Program-made: the position numbers and the translations under genes
Notes under the pieces: generated by a model
The model's input: the letters and a program-made list of their open reading frames with translations, nothing else
Told to the model about the DNA's origin: nothing
The model's database searches: none
Shown here: positions 15,233-24,692 of the stretch, in pieces
Layout: every line of letters starts with the position of its first letter
Position numbering within the stretch: position 1 is the first letter of the stretch
NCBI GenBank assembly: GCA_035583355.1
Contig: DATEZQ010000003.1
Location: forward strand, 129,844-193,843
Length of the DNA: 64,000 nucleotides
Direction: 5' to 3'
DNA from: Minisyncoccota bacterium
GTDB taxonomy: Bacteria; Patescibacteriota; Minisyncoccia; Phycocordibacterales; UBA6899

Positions 15233-15460
15233 CAAAAAAGAAGCGAAAGCTTCTTTTTTGTTTTTGTTGTGACGGGCAGGGGGAATCGAAAGACGGAGCC
15301 GGGCACCGTCACCCGGCGCAGATTTTATCCGAGCTTCGCTCGTGATAAATCCAGCCGCGTGCACGGTCGGCGAGTCGGGGTCGCGAGCACTTAGTCGCAG
15401 CGAGCTTTGCGAAGCGAGACTTAGTGACTTGAGACCGATTCCCCAAATCCGATTTCGTGT
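15233..15460. repeat. tRNA-3'-end-mimic element C, downstream of tRNA-Gly(UCC)
   Basis: Terminator gaagc-gaaa-gcttc with A and T runs. Perfect 18/18 inverted copy of the tRNA 3' end at 15273-15290. GC-rich hairpins (ccgggcaccgtcacccgg ...). Degenerate direct copy near 15444-15456. Confidence 0.6.
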
Positions 15461-15483
15461 GCGAAGTACTCCATGAAACTCAA

Positions 15484-15594
15484 GCACGCAGTGTTTTAGT
15501 TTCCCTATGCATCGCAACGGGAAACATAAAGTGTTTTTAGTTTCCTCCTGCATTACATCGAAAGCACGCAGTGTTTAGTTTCATCTGCATCGTG
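15484..15594. repeat. three tandem repeats of about 35-40 bp upstream of the tfoX-like gene
   Basis: gcacgcagtgttttagtttccctatgcatcg, aaagtgtttttagtttcctcctgcattacatcg and gcacgcagtgtttagtttcatctgcatcgtg. Confidence 0.6.
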
Positions 15595-15645
15595 TAGAAT
15601 TTCTATTTCCTTCCTCAACTCTATTTCCCGTGCAATAATAAATAC

Positions 15646-15972
15646 ATGTCCACCCAACGCTCTACCGCTGACTACCTCCTCCAGCTTCTCGGCTCCGACC
15701 ATTTTGCAATCCGTGCTATGTTCGGCGAGTACGCATTGTATTGCGATAGTAAAGTCGTCGCACTCATCTGTGATGATCTTCTCTTTGTAAAGATTCTACC
15801 AGCAAGTATTAGACTTGAATCTCTTTGCGAAAAAGGGGAGCCATACCCTGGCGCGCGATTACACTATCTTGTAGAAGAGTCACAATGGAAATCCATAGAT
15901 GACCTACGAGATATTCTGATCGATGTTGCCGCCACACTTCCTGCTAAGAAGCCGAAGACGAAAAAGGAATAA
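15646..15972 (+). CDS. TfoX N-terminal domain protein (Sxy/TfoX-like competence regulator)
   Basis: MFGEYALYCDSKVVALICDDLLFVKI...ESQW aligns with Sxy LFGSYSLTVDDTVFAMVSDGELYLRA...ESLW. Confidence 0.65.
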   Translation: MSTQRSTADYLLQLLGSDHFAIRAMFGEYALYCDSKVVALICDDLLFVKILPASIRLESLCEKGEPYPGARLHYLVEESQWKSIDDLRDILIDVAATLPAKKPKTKKE

Positions 15973-16026
15973 GCGAAGAAGACAAAAACAGCGTAACGCT
16001 GTTTTTCATTTTATATTTCGAATACT

Positions 16027-16216
16027 CAAAACAAAAAACACCCGAAGGTGTTTTCTGCTGTATGTTTTCTAACCTGCAGTTAATCGCATACTAATGTCCT
16101 TGTGCGCCTTCTTTGTGTGGAAGGAACGGAGCTTCTTTGCGCGTAAGCACGTCGCACAAAACAAAAAACACCCGAAGGTGTTTTCTGCTGTATGTTTTCT
16201 AACCTGCAGTTAATTA
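16027..16216. repeat. 130-bp tandem duplication carrying the hup terminator and a decayed hup 3' fragment
   Basis: Identical 58-bp copies at 16027-16085 and 16157-16214, each with the terminator aaaaaacacccgaaggtgtttt. The intervening 16086-16156 resembles the hup 3' coding end (gtccttgtgcgccttc... against gtccttgagtgccttcgc...). Confidence 0.7.
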
Positions 16217-16486
16217 CTTAACTGCGTCCTTGAGTGCCTTCGCTGCGCGGAACTTCGGAACCTTCATTGCAGCGACCTTGATGGTCTCACCGGTACGTGG
16301 ATTACGTGCGGTGCGTGCTGCGCGAGTGTTCACTGAAAAGATGCCGAGGCCTGCGATCGAAACTTCACCCTCCTTCTTAAGGCCGTTGGTGATGGTCTCG
16401 ATTACAGTCTCAACAGCCTGCTCAGCAGAAACCTTGGTGCCACCAAGTTTCTCGTGGACTGCTTCGACGATTGACTGCTTGTTCAT
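16214..16486 (-). CDS. hup: DNA-binding protein HU
   Basis: MNKQSIVEAVHEKLGG...GLGIFSVNTRAARTARNPRTGETIKV. Confidence 0.9.
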   Translation of the reverse strand: MNKQSIVEAVHEKLGGTKVSAEQAVETVIETITNGLKKEGEVSIAGLGIFSVNTRAARTARNPRTGETIKVAAMKVPKFRAAKALKDAVK

Positions 16487-16750
16487 ATTTTTGGGAGCAG
16501 TATGCTACTAATTGGTGCGATGGCGCACCGTATGCAACACTACTCATCACGAATAATGCTGCATACGATGTACCACCACTCCAGCGGAGGCGACCCTCCT
16601 AACTTCATTGTACCAACTAGATTAATCCGCGCAACAGAGCCATATAATTGGAATACAAAAATTGTGGAAAACAATGGCTTAACCACAATGACTATATAAA
16701 AAATACGGCTTAGTATAGCCGTATTTTTTATATAGTAGAGAGGTACTTGA

Positions 16751-18283
16751 CTAGTGTGCAAATTCAACGCATCGTGTTTCCCTGATAATGCACACTTTTA
16801 TCTCCCCAGGATATTTCAATTCCTGTTCAATATCATGTGCAATCTCACGCGCGAGCTGTAATGCGTGATAATCATCAATACTATCTGGTCGCACGAAGAC
16901 GCGAACCTCACGACCGGCAGAAAGTGCATATGCTTTCTCGACGCCTTCCTTGCTTGTTGCAATACGCTCAAGGTCTTCCAGCTTCTTGATATACTGCTCA
17001 ACTGACTCACGACGGGCACCAGGGCGTCCACCGGAGATGGTATCTGCAGTTTGTACGATAATAGACTCAAGTGTTTCGTAGGGGTACTCCTCGTGGTGTG
17101 CCTGCATTGCGAGGATAATACGCTCATCGACATTGAATTTCTTCAAGATACGGCGACCAATCTCAACGTGCGTTCCTTGCACTTCGTGATCGACAGCCTT
17201 ACCTATATCGTGAAGGAGGGCACCAGCTTTTGCAATCGATACATCGGCACCAAGCTCAACTGCAAGATAGCCTGCAATATGTGCCATTTCAACAGAATGT
17301 TGGAGGACGTTCTGTCCATAGCTTGTACGGAAATAGAGACGACCAATAATGGAAATGAGGCGAGGGTCGATATTGAGCAGTCCACACTCTGCGGCTGCCT
17401 GCTCACCTTTAACCTTCATGATGTGGTTAAGGTCCGCCTTTGCTTTCTCCACAAGTTCCTCGATTTTTGCGGGCTGAATGCGACCATCGAGAATAAGGTT
17501 CTCGAGCGCAATGCGAGCAATCTGACGACGAACCGGGTCAAATGCAGAGATTGTGATGATTCCAGGAGCTTCATCGACAAGGAGCTCAACTCCCGCAATG
17601 CGCTCAAAAGTACGAATATTGCGGCCTTCTTTGCCGATGATCTTACCCTTGATGTCTTCACTTGGAATGGTGACGTGGGTAGTCATTACTTCTCCTGCGT
17701 TTGAAGATGCAATACGTTGAATTGATGTAGCAAGGATGTCTTTCGCTCGACGCTCTAAGCGCTCAAATGAATCTCTCTCAAGTTTTATAGTACGTGCTTG
17801 CAAGTCGTCCGTGGCCTGCTTCTCTACTTTCGCAATGAGTTGATTGCGAGCATCTTCAACAGAGAGTCCACTGACACGCTCAAGTGCATTCTCGACTTCC
17901 TCACGCTGCGCAATGAGATGTTCTTTGATCGTGCGCAATTCAGCAGCTTGATTCTCAATCTTCTTGCGGTCATCCTCAAGTTTTTGTTCTCGATTTGCAA
18001 AAGCTGTTTCCTTTTGATAGAGATGTTCCTCGCTCTTTTGGAGCTTTTCAGTATGCATGCGCTCGGTATCACGCAGGCTTTCTGCATGCTTTTCAGCTTG
18101 CGCGGTGGCTTCTGCTATGATCTTGCGTGATTCTTTTTGGGCTTCGAGGCGGATTTTTTCTGCGTCGAGGCTTGCCGTGCTGTTCCTGCGAATAGCGAGA
18201 ACGAAGTGGAGAAGGTATCCTGCGATAAGTCCCAAAAATCCACTTGCGGCGGTGGTTGCAATGATGTTTCTGAGTTGATCCAT
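16751..18283 (-). CDS. rny: ribonuclease Y
   Basis: N-terminal TM helix and coiled coil, KH domain (IIGKEGRNIRTFE), HD domain (LLHDIGKA). 510 aa. Confidence 0.9.
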   Translation of the reverse strand: MDQLRNIIATTAASGFLGLIAGYLLHFVLAIRRNSTASLDAEKIRLEAQKESRKIIAEATAQAEKHAESLRDTERMHTEKLQKSEEHLYQKETAFANREQKLEDDRKKIENQAAELRTIKEHLIAQREEVENALERVSGLSVEDARNQLIAKVEKQATDDLQARTIKLERDSFERLERRAKDILATSIQRIASSNAGEVMTTHVTIPSEDIKGKIIGKEGRNIRTFERIAGVELLVDEAPGIITISAFDPVRRQIARIALENLILDGRIQPAKIEELVEKAKADLNHIMKVKGEQAAAECGLLNIDPRLISIIGRLYFRTSYGQNVLQHSVEMAHIAGYLAVELGADVSIAKAGALLHDIGKAVDHEVQGTHVEIGRRILKKFNVDERIILAMQAHHEEYPYETLESIIVQTADTISGGRPGARRESVEQYIKKLEDLERIATSKEGVEKAYALSAGREVRVFVRPDSIDDYHALQLAREIAHDIEQELKYPGEIKVCIIRETRCVEFAH

Positions 18284-18557
18284 GGTCTAAAGCGACCTGT
18301 GGTTGGGGCTGAGCACGATAATAAAGGTTTCAGCCTTTACGCTGTCGACAAAATAGCGCTGCAAAAGTTTTTTGCAAAGAAAAGTTCAAAAATACGTTTT
18401 TTAGGTTTGCATCTGTCTTCTGCCACATAGGTCGGTCACTGCTGTACAGTGGTATAGTAATTGTAGCACCGGCCTAAATAAATGGCAAAAAACAGGGGAT
18501 TGCGGGAGCCTTTTCGTGTGCTAGGATGACCACAGAAACAGAAAAAGGAGCTCTTTT

Positions 18558-19688
18558 ATGGGGAATGTCGACTTAATCGCCATTGATGGTGGACCTTGTG
18601 GGGGAAAGACCACAGGAATCGTGCATCTTTCCGATGCACTTATTACTGCAGGCATGCTCCCGCTTGTGGTGCCTGAGGCTGCGACCCTGCTTATTCGTGG
18701 GGGAGCTCCTCCTTGGCAGCTTGCGCGCAGGAGTTTTCAGGAAAGCGTGAACAGAATGCAGTTTGCTCACGAAGAAGTGTGGCGGAATGCCGCCGCTGAG
18801 CTCTCCGAGAAATTCCAGAAGCGCGCAGTGGTGCTCTGTGATCGCGGGCTTCCAAGCTCAATTGCGTATATCGACGGAGATCACCCCGTTGCAGAGTTCG
18901 AAGAGATTGTGAAGCCTTTTGGTTTTCCTTCTGCGGAATCGGTTTTCGCAAGGTATACCGGCGTGCTTCATTTCGTTACGGCCGCAGATGGTGCCGAGGA
19001 ATACTACACTCTGGAGAACAATGCAGCACGTACGGAGACTCCTGAAGAGGCCCGTGCGCTTGATCTCCGTACGAAGTCTGCGTGGCTCGCACATCCACAC
19101 CTCTGTGAGATTGCGAATCGCATGCCTGACGGTACCGCAGTCGGTTTCGATGAGAAGATGCGACGAGCGACTGCTTCACTCTTTCACATGCTCGGCATCC
19201 CTGTGCCTGTGGAAATTGAGGACAAGTTCCTGCTTCGCTCATTCGTGCCTGAGCTCTTGCCGGTTCCTTATGAGAAGGTGTACATTACGCAGACCTACCT
19301 CACCTCCGACAACAAGGCGGTGACTGAGCGTGTGCGCAAACGCGTTTGGCGTGATGGTGTGTCCTATATTCACACAGCCAAAGAACCCGCTCGAGGAGGT
19401 GGACGAATTGAACGCGAGCGATTTATCTCTCATCACGAATACTGCACGCTGCTTGGTCGCCGTGACTCTCGGCGTCGTACGCTTGAAAAGATCAGGCATT
19501 GTTTCTTGTGGTCTGCGCAATACTTCGAAGTTGATGTATTCACAAATCTTCCCCGTCCGCTTATTCTTTGCGAAAGGGAAAAGACGACGATTAGTGAAAC
19601 GACTGTTCTCCCGCCTTTCCTCGACGTCGTCCGAGACGTGACGAATGAGCGTGAGTACTCAAATAGTTCGATCGCCTTGGTAATTTGA
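18558..19688 (+). CDS. P-loop NTPase (kinase-like) fused to a C-terminal CYTH domain
   Basis: Walker A IAIDGGPCGGKTT at the N-terminus. C-terminal VEIEDKFLL ... RIERERF ... FEVDVF resembles the CYTH (triphosphate tunnel) signature EIERKFL. Confidence 0.55.
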   Translation: MGNVDLIAIDGGPCGGKTTGIVHLSDALITAGMLPLVVPEAATLLIRGGAPPWQLARRSFQESVNRMQFAHEEVWRNAAAELSEKFQKRAVVLCDRGLPSSIAYIDGDHPVAEFEEIVKPFGFPSAESVFARYTGVLHFVTAADGAEEYYTLENNAARTETPEEARALDLRTKSAWLAHPHLCEIANRMPDGTAVGFDEKMRRATASLFHMLGIPVPVEIEDKFLLRSFVPELLPVPYEKVYITQTYLTSDNKAVTERVRKRVWRDGVSYIHTAKEPARGGGRIERERFISHHEYCTLLGRRDSRRRTLEKIRHCFLWSAQYFEVDVFTNLPRPLILCEREKTTISETTVLPPFLDVVRDVTNEREYSNSSIALVI

Positions 19689-19692
19689 AGAT

Positions 19693-19716
19693 ACCGCCCT
19701 ACGGGGCGGTTTTTTG
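19693..19716 (+). terminator. rho-independent terminator
   Basis: accgccctacggggcggt plus tttttt. Confidence 0.7.
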
Positions 19717-19816
19717 TATTATTAATTTTGAGCATGTAAAAAGAACGCCGCATCGGAATGCGGACCAGGCATTCTTGCCAGTAGCAGTGTGGCCTCCGCA
19801 ACGCACATCAACTCAA

Positions 19817-19848
19817 TAAAAAAGCTACTCAAGAGAGTAGCTTTTTTA
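19817..19848 (-). terminator. clpP terminator
   Basis: A-run, then agctactc-aaga-gagtagct, then T-run. Confidence 0.65.
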
Positions 19849-19874
19849 TTTTTCTGGTAGCGCGACGACCGCGA

Positions 19875-20465
19875 TTAGCGGATTTTCTGTTTTACTACCT
19901 CGTCTACAAGTCCGTACTTTTTAGCTTCGTCCGCGAGCATGTAATAATCGCGATCGGAATCCTTTTCAAGTTGCTCTTGTGTCTTGCCAGTATTCTTTGC
20001 GAGGATCTTGTTGAGGTTGTCCTTTGTGCGGAGAATGTGGCGTGCAGTGATTGCGATATCTGATGCCTGTCCTTCTGCTCCACCCATGACCTGATGGATC
20101 ATGACTTCAGCATTTGGAAGACAGTAACGCTTGCCCTTTGTTCCTGAAGAAAGGAGGACTGCGGCTGCAGATGCTGCGATACCGATACAGATCGTCGCAA
20201 CATCAGGCTTGATGTGGTTCATCGTATCGTAGATTGCCATTGCAGCAGTCACTGATCCACCTGGGGAGTTGATATAGAGCTTGATTTCCTTCTTCGGATC
20301 TTCTGCTTCCAAGAAGAGTAATTGTGCAACGATGAGGTTCGCCATCATATCGTCGATGGGTCCCTGCAAGAAAACGATGCGCTCCTTCAAAAGGCGTGAA
20401 TAAATATCAAAGGCGCGCTCGCCCATGTTTGTCTTTTCGATAACGGTTGGTACTAGGTATGACAT
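19875..20465 (-). CDS. clpP: ATP-dependent Clp protease proteolytic subunit
   Basis: [19 protein letters not shown]...[16 protein letters not shown]...MIHQVMGG. Confidence 0.95.
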   Translation of the reverse strand: MSYLVPTVIEKTNMGERAFDIYSRLLKERIVFLQGPIDDMMANLIVAQLLFLEAEDPKKEIKLYINSPGGSVTAAMAIYDTMNHIKPDVATICIGIAASAAAVLLSSGTKGKRYCLPNAEVMIHQVMGGAEGQASDIAITARHILRTKDNLNKILAKNTGKTQEQLEKDSDRDYYMLADEAKKYGLVDEVVKQKIR

Positions 20466-20608
20466 ATACGCAATTATTACTTTTCAGGACGTAATGTCAA
20501 GTAATTACATAAAATATCGAGTCATATCCGTTGGCGCAGCATTTTGACGTTATGCATCGAACATGATAGTACTAAGTCAGTTTCTTTATTCTTTTACAGG
20601 AGGCCCCT

Positions 20609-21199
20609 GTGGCTAGACCAAGCAAGAAGGAAGGTGTCATTTCGCAATTCGGTGCCCCCGATGATTTCAAAGACCTCGGACCGGGTGCTTTCTCGGAGAA
20701 GAAATTCACCGAAATTCAGAATCTTCGAAGGACGGTGCGTATTCCGGCTGATTATGTCTCAGCTACTCAGATTTCTCGCCATCCAGCGAAGGGTGCGATC
20801 GGTACGGACAATTACATCGACCCCCTTGTGCTCAAGGCTGCCGCCGTGGTGCCAACCGACGAATTGGTGCCGGGCGCGAAGTATGATGTGCGCTTCTACG
20901 CAATCGGCGGAAAACTCTCTTCGACTGAAGGACTCAGATTCCTTCGCGAGCAACGCTCACTCCAAATCGGAGTGCCCGGGCTTTCAATCATTTACGACTT
21001 ACTCAAGGGGAATCTGCCTTGTGATCGTTGGGTGGTCGCACTCGACGACCGTGGACACCTCTTCAAGGATGAGTTCGGGAGCTATCGTGTCCCTATGATC
21101 AAGCAACCCATTGCTGCATCCTCCGCGTTTTTGCTCGGACATTTCGCAAATCCTTGGCAAAACAGACAGGTGCTCATTTCGGTTGTGCGCATTGGATGA
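20609..21199 (+). CDS. hypothetical protein
   Basis: 196-aa ORF followed by the terminator aaaaccaccccaaggggtggttttt at 21205-21229. Confidence 0.5.
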   Translation: MARPSKKEGVISQFGAPDDFKDLGPGAFSEKKFTEIQNLRRTVRIPADYVSATQISRHPAKGAIGTDNYIDPLVLKAAAVVPTDELVPGAKYDVRFYAIGGKLSSTEGLRFLREQRSLQIGVPGLSIIYDLLKGNLPCDRWVVALDDRGHLFKDEFGSYRVPMIKQPIAASSAFLLGHFANPWQNRQVLISVVRIG

Positions 21200-21245
21200 T
21201 TTCAAAACCACCCCAAGGGGTGGTTTTTACAAACATTCAAACCAC

Positions 21246-22310
21246 TTAAGTGGTTTGAATGTTTTTTGACGCGTATGTTTCGCAGATTTTATTCACGAGT
21301 CCTGGGCCAGAGAATATCATTCCCGAAATTAGTTGCACGAGATCTGCACCTGCAGCAAACTTTTCCATTGCATCTCCTGGACTCAGAATTCCACCTACTC
21401 CGAAAATAGTGAACCGCTTCCCATAAGTTTCGCGTGTAAGGCGAATGAGTGTAGTGCTACGCTCCCTGCATGGTTTCCCAGAAAGTCCACCACGGTATGC
21501 GGTAGGGCAGTCTTCTTTGAAATCAACCTCACCATACTCCTTGTTGAGATTCCCTATAACAACTCCGTGGACATTGAACTTATCTGCAACTTTTAAGAGT
21601 GCATTGAATTGCTCCCACTCAAGATTGATCGGCATCTTTAAGTATATGGGTTTTTGGGAGGGGGTGCTCATGATGACCGTGAGCAATTGCGTGAGGAGTT
21701 GGGGTTCCGTAAAAGTCTCGCCGCCAAAAGCATTCGGACAAGAAATATTGATCGTATAGTAATCTCCAATATTCGCTGCATTGAGTTTTCGGAATGATGC
21801 TGCAAAGTCTTCGATACTTGCCTCGGTCGACTTGTTGGCATCACTATTGTTCGTGCGCGCGATGGAGATACCGAGTACGAAGTTTTTTTCTCTATTGGTG
21901 TGAGAAAGTTTTTCAATGAGTGCGTCGACACCTTTATTGCGTAGCCCTTTGAATACCACAATGCTTTGGTTTCTTGGCATGCGTATCATTCGCGGCTTCG
22001 GATTGCCTTCACAATAATGTGCAGTAATTGAACCTATTTCTTCTCCCCCGAAAGAAAGAGAGGGGAGAATGCGCGTGAGACTGCCGTTGGTATCGAAACC
22101 AGCAGAGAGTAATACTGGTGTACGATAATGAATTCCATCAATAGTCTTGCTGATGTCGGGGCCTCTATAGCCGTAGATTCTCGCAAAAAGTTTGCGCGTG
22201 AAATAGAACCTCCCTGAAAATTCTCCGATCCACATAAAGATTGCATGAGCAGTATCGGGATTCATTGCGAATAGAAGCGGCTTCAAGAGGTGGCGGTAAA
22301 GTGTGTCCAT
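21246..22310 (-). CDS. pyrD: dihydroorotate dehydrogenase
   Basis: N-terminal LLKPLLFAMNPDTAH, central NISCPN and FGVGGI motifs. Confidence 0.8.
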   Translation of the reverse strand: MDTLYRHLLKPLLFAMNPDTAHAIFMWIGEFSGRFYFTRKLFARIYGYRGPDISKTIDGIHYRTPVLLSAGFDTNGSLTRILPSLSFGGEEIGSITAHYCEGNPKPRMIRMPRNQSIVVFKGLRNKGVDALIEKLSHTNREKNFVLGISIARTNNSDANKSTEASIEDFAASFRKLNAANIGDYYTINISCPNAFGGETFTEPQLLTQLLTVIMSTPSQKPIYLKMPINLEWEQFNALLKVADKFNVHGVVIGNLNKEYGEVDFKEDCPTAYRGGLSGKPCRERSTTLIRLTRETYGKRFTIFGVGGILSPGDAMEKFAAGADLVQLISGMIFSGPGLVNKICETYASKNIQTT

Positions 22311-22381
22311 AGCGTTCGTGTATTATAGACGATAAATGAAATTTTCCAAATAACAAAACCCGCCGAAGCGGGTTGTTGTTA

Positions 22382-23422
22382 TTATTTCTGATTCTCGAGG
22401 AAGGTAAAGACCTTTTCGTTCTCAAGGATCATACGGACGAAGCCCTCAATGCGCTCTTTTTGTGCGTTAGGATAACGCGCAGAAAGTGCAGCGACTTCAC
22501 GTTCCATATCCTCTGCGGATGGCTCGAGCTTTTCCTCCTCGGCGATCTTTGCGGCAATGATCTGTGTCTTTGCACGAGCAATTGCATCATCACGCCATTC
22601 CTTGTGCATGTCCTCGCGTGTCTTTCCGACCTGTGCAAGATACTTTGGAAGTTCCATGCCCATGCGTGCAATGTCTGCACTGAACTCCTCTTCCATACGT
22701 GCGAGTTCCTGCTCGATGAGGATCTCCGGAAGCTCCATAGTCGTTTCCTTTACGAGCTCCTGCATGATCGCTACGCGTACTTTGTCACGTGCCTGTCGAG
22801 TCTTCTCAGCAAGAATATTCTCTTTGAGCTTCTCCTCGAACTCCGCGACATTCTCGAATGCGCCAAGTGTCTTGACCCACTCATCATTCAGTTCTGGGAG
22901 TGGAAGTGTTTCGTCGTACTCCTTACCTTCTTTTTGTGCATCGCTCTTGGCACGGAGGCGCTTTAGCTCATCAATGGTCTTTTGGACCTCATCTGTGGTA
23001 ACAGTAACTTCTTCTTTTGTTGTAGCAATCTTCTTCGCTATTGCTTTGTACTCAGGGAGCACAAACTTTGGGAAGATAGCGGTTGTAATTGTGAAACCAA
23101 GTGGAGAACCGATTGCAAGTTTCGTAACTTTAACATCAGGGCGACCAATCACATCAAGCTTGTTGCTGATGACGATGGTTGGATACGCGCGGCCAATCGC
23201 TACTTCTGCCATCTCCTCAAGGATTGCTCCTTCTCCGATACGTGCAAGCAAGATCGATTCTGGAACCATGCCTTTTCGGAATCCAGGGAGATCCGCATGT
23301 TCTTGGAGGTGCTTGATAGCCTGTGGTCGTGCTGCAGCAAATTCATCTGCAGTGATTTCAGCAGTAATTTCGATGCGAGATCCCTCGAGATCCTTCATCG
23401 TTATATTGTAGTTCTTTTCCAT
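22382..23422 (-). CDS. tig: trigger factor
   Basis: PPIase-like domain GFRKGMVPESIL and a C-terminal chaperone-like domain. The start is ambiguous: the ORF extends to 23467 and Met 23422 is used here. Confidence 0.8.
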   Translation of the reverse strand: MEKNYNITMKDLEGSRIEITAEITADEFAAARPQAIKHLQEHADLPGFRKGMVPESILLARIGEGAILEEMAEVAIGRAYPTIVISNKLDVIGRPDVKVTKLAIGSPLGFTITTAIFPKFVLPEYKAIAKKIATTKEEVTVTTDEVQKTIDELKRLRAKSDAQKEGKEYDETLPLPELNDEWVKTLGAFENVAEFEEKLKENILAEKTRQARDKVRVAIMQELVKETTMELPEILIEQELARMEEEFSADIARMGMELPKYLAQVGKTREDMHKEWRDDAIARAKTQIIAAKIAEEEKLEPSAEDMEREVAALSARYPNAQKERIEGFVRMILENEKVFTFLENQK

Positions 23423-23570
23423 AAGTACGCCGATGTTAACATGAAATTGATATTTTGGAAATGCCATGATGACCCTTGTTGTTCCTGCAATTATATATTT
23501 GGTTATAACGAAAAATCAGCACCCCTGGCGCTGATTTTCGTGTATGTTTAAGAACGGTGAGCCTCAATAT

Positions 23571-23885
23571 TTAGATGTCCTTGAGATCATCAAGTGTCTT
23601 GAGGTTTGCATCCATGCTACTGAGGCTTTCCTCGACCGCAGGAAGATCCGCGGTGTTTGCGAGCGGTACTTCTACCATAGCTGGCTCAGTGCTTGTTGAT
23701 TCAGTTGCCTGAGGAGGAAGTGTTGTGGCAGGCGTACTCTTGCTGGTATCACTAATATACCAAATTACTCCTGCTGCAATAATGATGAGTGCAATGACTC
23801 CGAAAAGCATTGGCTTGTTCTTGAATGATGCGCTGACTGCTGCTTCGCCCTTAAATGGGTTTTCTCCATGTGGTGTTTGTTCCAT
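23571..23885 (-). CDS. small membrane-anchored hypothetical protein
   Basis: One TM helix LFGVIALIIIAAGVIWYI. Confidence 0.45.
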   Translation of the reverse strand: MEQTPHGENPFKGEAAVSASFKNKPMLFGVIALIIIAAGVIWYISDTSKSTPATTLPPQATESTSTEPAMVEVPLANTADLPAVEESLSSMDANLKTLDDLKDI

Positions 23886-23910
23886 GATAGTGCTTTAAAG
23901 TACGAGTAAT

Positions 23911-24450
23911 TTATGGCTTTGGTGTTGCAGCAGGTTGAGGGGTAGGTGTTGCAGGGCGTGATACCTTCACTGCCTTGAGTTTCTGGATTGCGTCAACAAT
24001 GATCGTGCGACATGCACGCATATCATTTGTGGTCTTCGTGACTCCATCGCGTATTGCCTGTGTATTTGTCTTGTCAGTAAGACTGCGTGTCTTTAGAATA
24101 TCCTGAAGATTTGCAATGTCCTGCTTCACTTCATCGAGCTTTGCTTTCGCTGAAGCAATGTCGACATCAGCCTTTGTGACATCTCCGCCCTTGTCTTTGA
24201 ATTTAACTGACTGCTCCGCAACCTTATTGATCGCAACAGAGAGAAGCTCTTGATGGCGAGTAAGTGCGTTGATGACATTGCTGACGCGATCTTTGATAAT
24301 CTTCTCGGGAAGAGCTTTAGTGACTGCAGGTGTAGCTACTGCGGGACGTGGCTTTACTGGAGCCGTGCCCGCGGTCTGAGCACCCGCGAATACTGGGACA
24401 CTTATAGCGATAAGTGTCAGTGCTGTGGTGATGTGCTTGTTCATAATCAA
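23911..24450 (-). CDS. secreted coiled-coil hypothetical protein
   Basis: Signal peptide MNKHITTALTLIAISVPVFAGAQT. Confidence 0.5.
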   Translation of the reverse strand: MIMNKHITTALTLIAISVPVFAGAQTAGTAPVKPRPAVATPAVTKALPEKIIKDRVSNVINALTRHQELLSVAINKVAEQSVKFKDKGGDVTKADVDIASAKAKLDEVKQDIANLQDILKTRSLTDKTNTQAIRDGVTKTTNDMRACRTIIVDAIQKLKAVKVSRPATPTPQPAATPKP

Positions 24451-24692
24451 TATGTTCTAAGTAATGTCCATATTATACATCATCTTTGGGTAACATTTTA
24501 GTATTTGTGGACAATAGGGGGACATGATTGATTCTTTACTGGTGCTCGATTGAGCTCACTTGCATTTTATCTCTTACTTGCTATAGTGATATGGTAAGCG
24601 AGCTACTGTAAAGTATCTCGCAGCTTCTTTTCTAGGGCCTCTCTTGGCTCAGAAAAAAGCGTTAGCAATACAATTGAATAACAATTAAATAT

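Noticed and set aside
22557-23411. 284-aa plus-strand ORF antisense to trigger factor
   Set aside because: Ser/Ala-rich shadow ORF. The minus-strand tig is clearly real.
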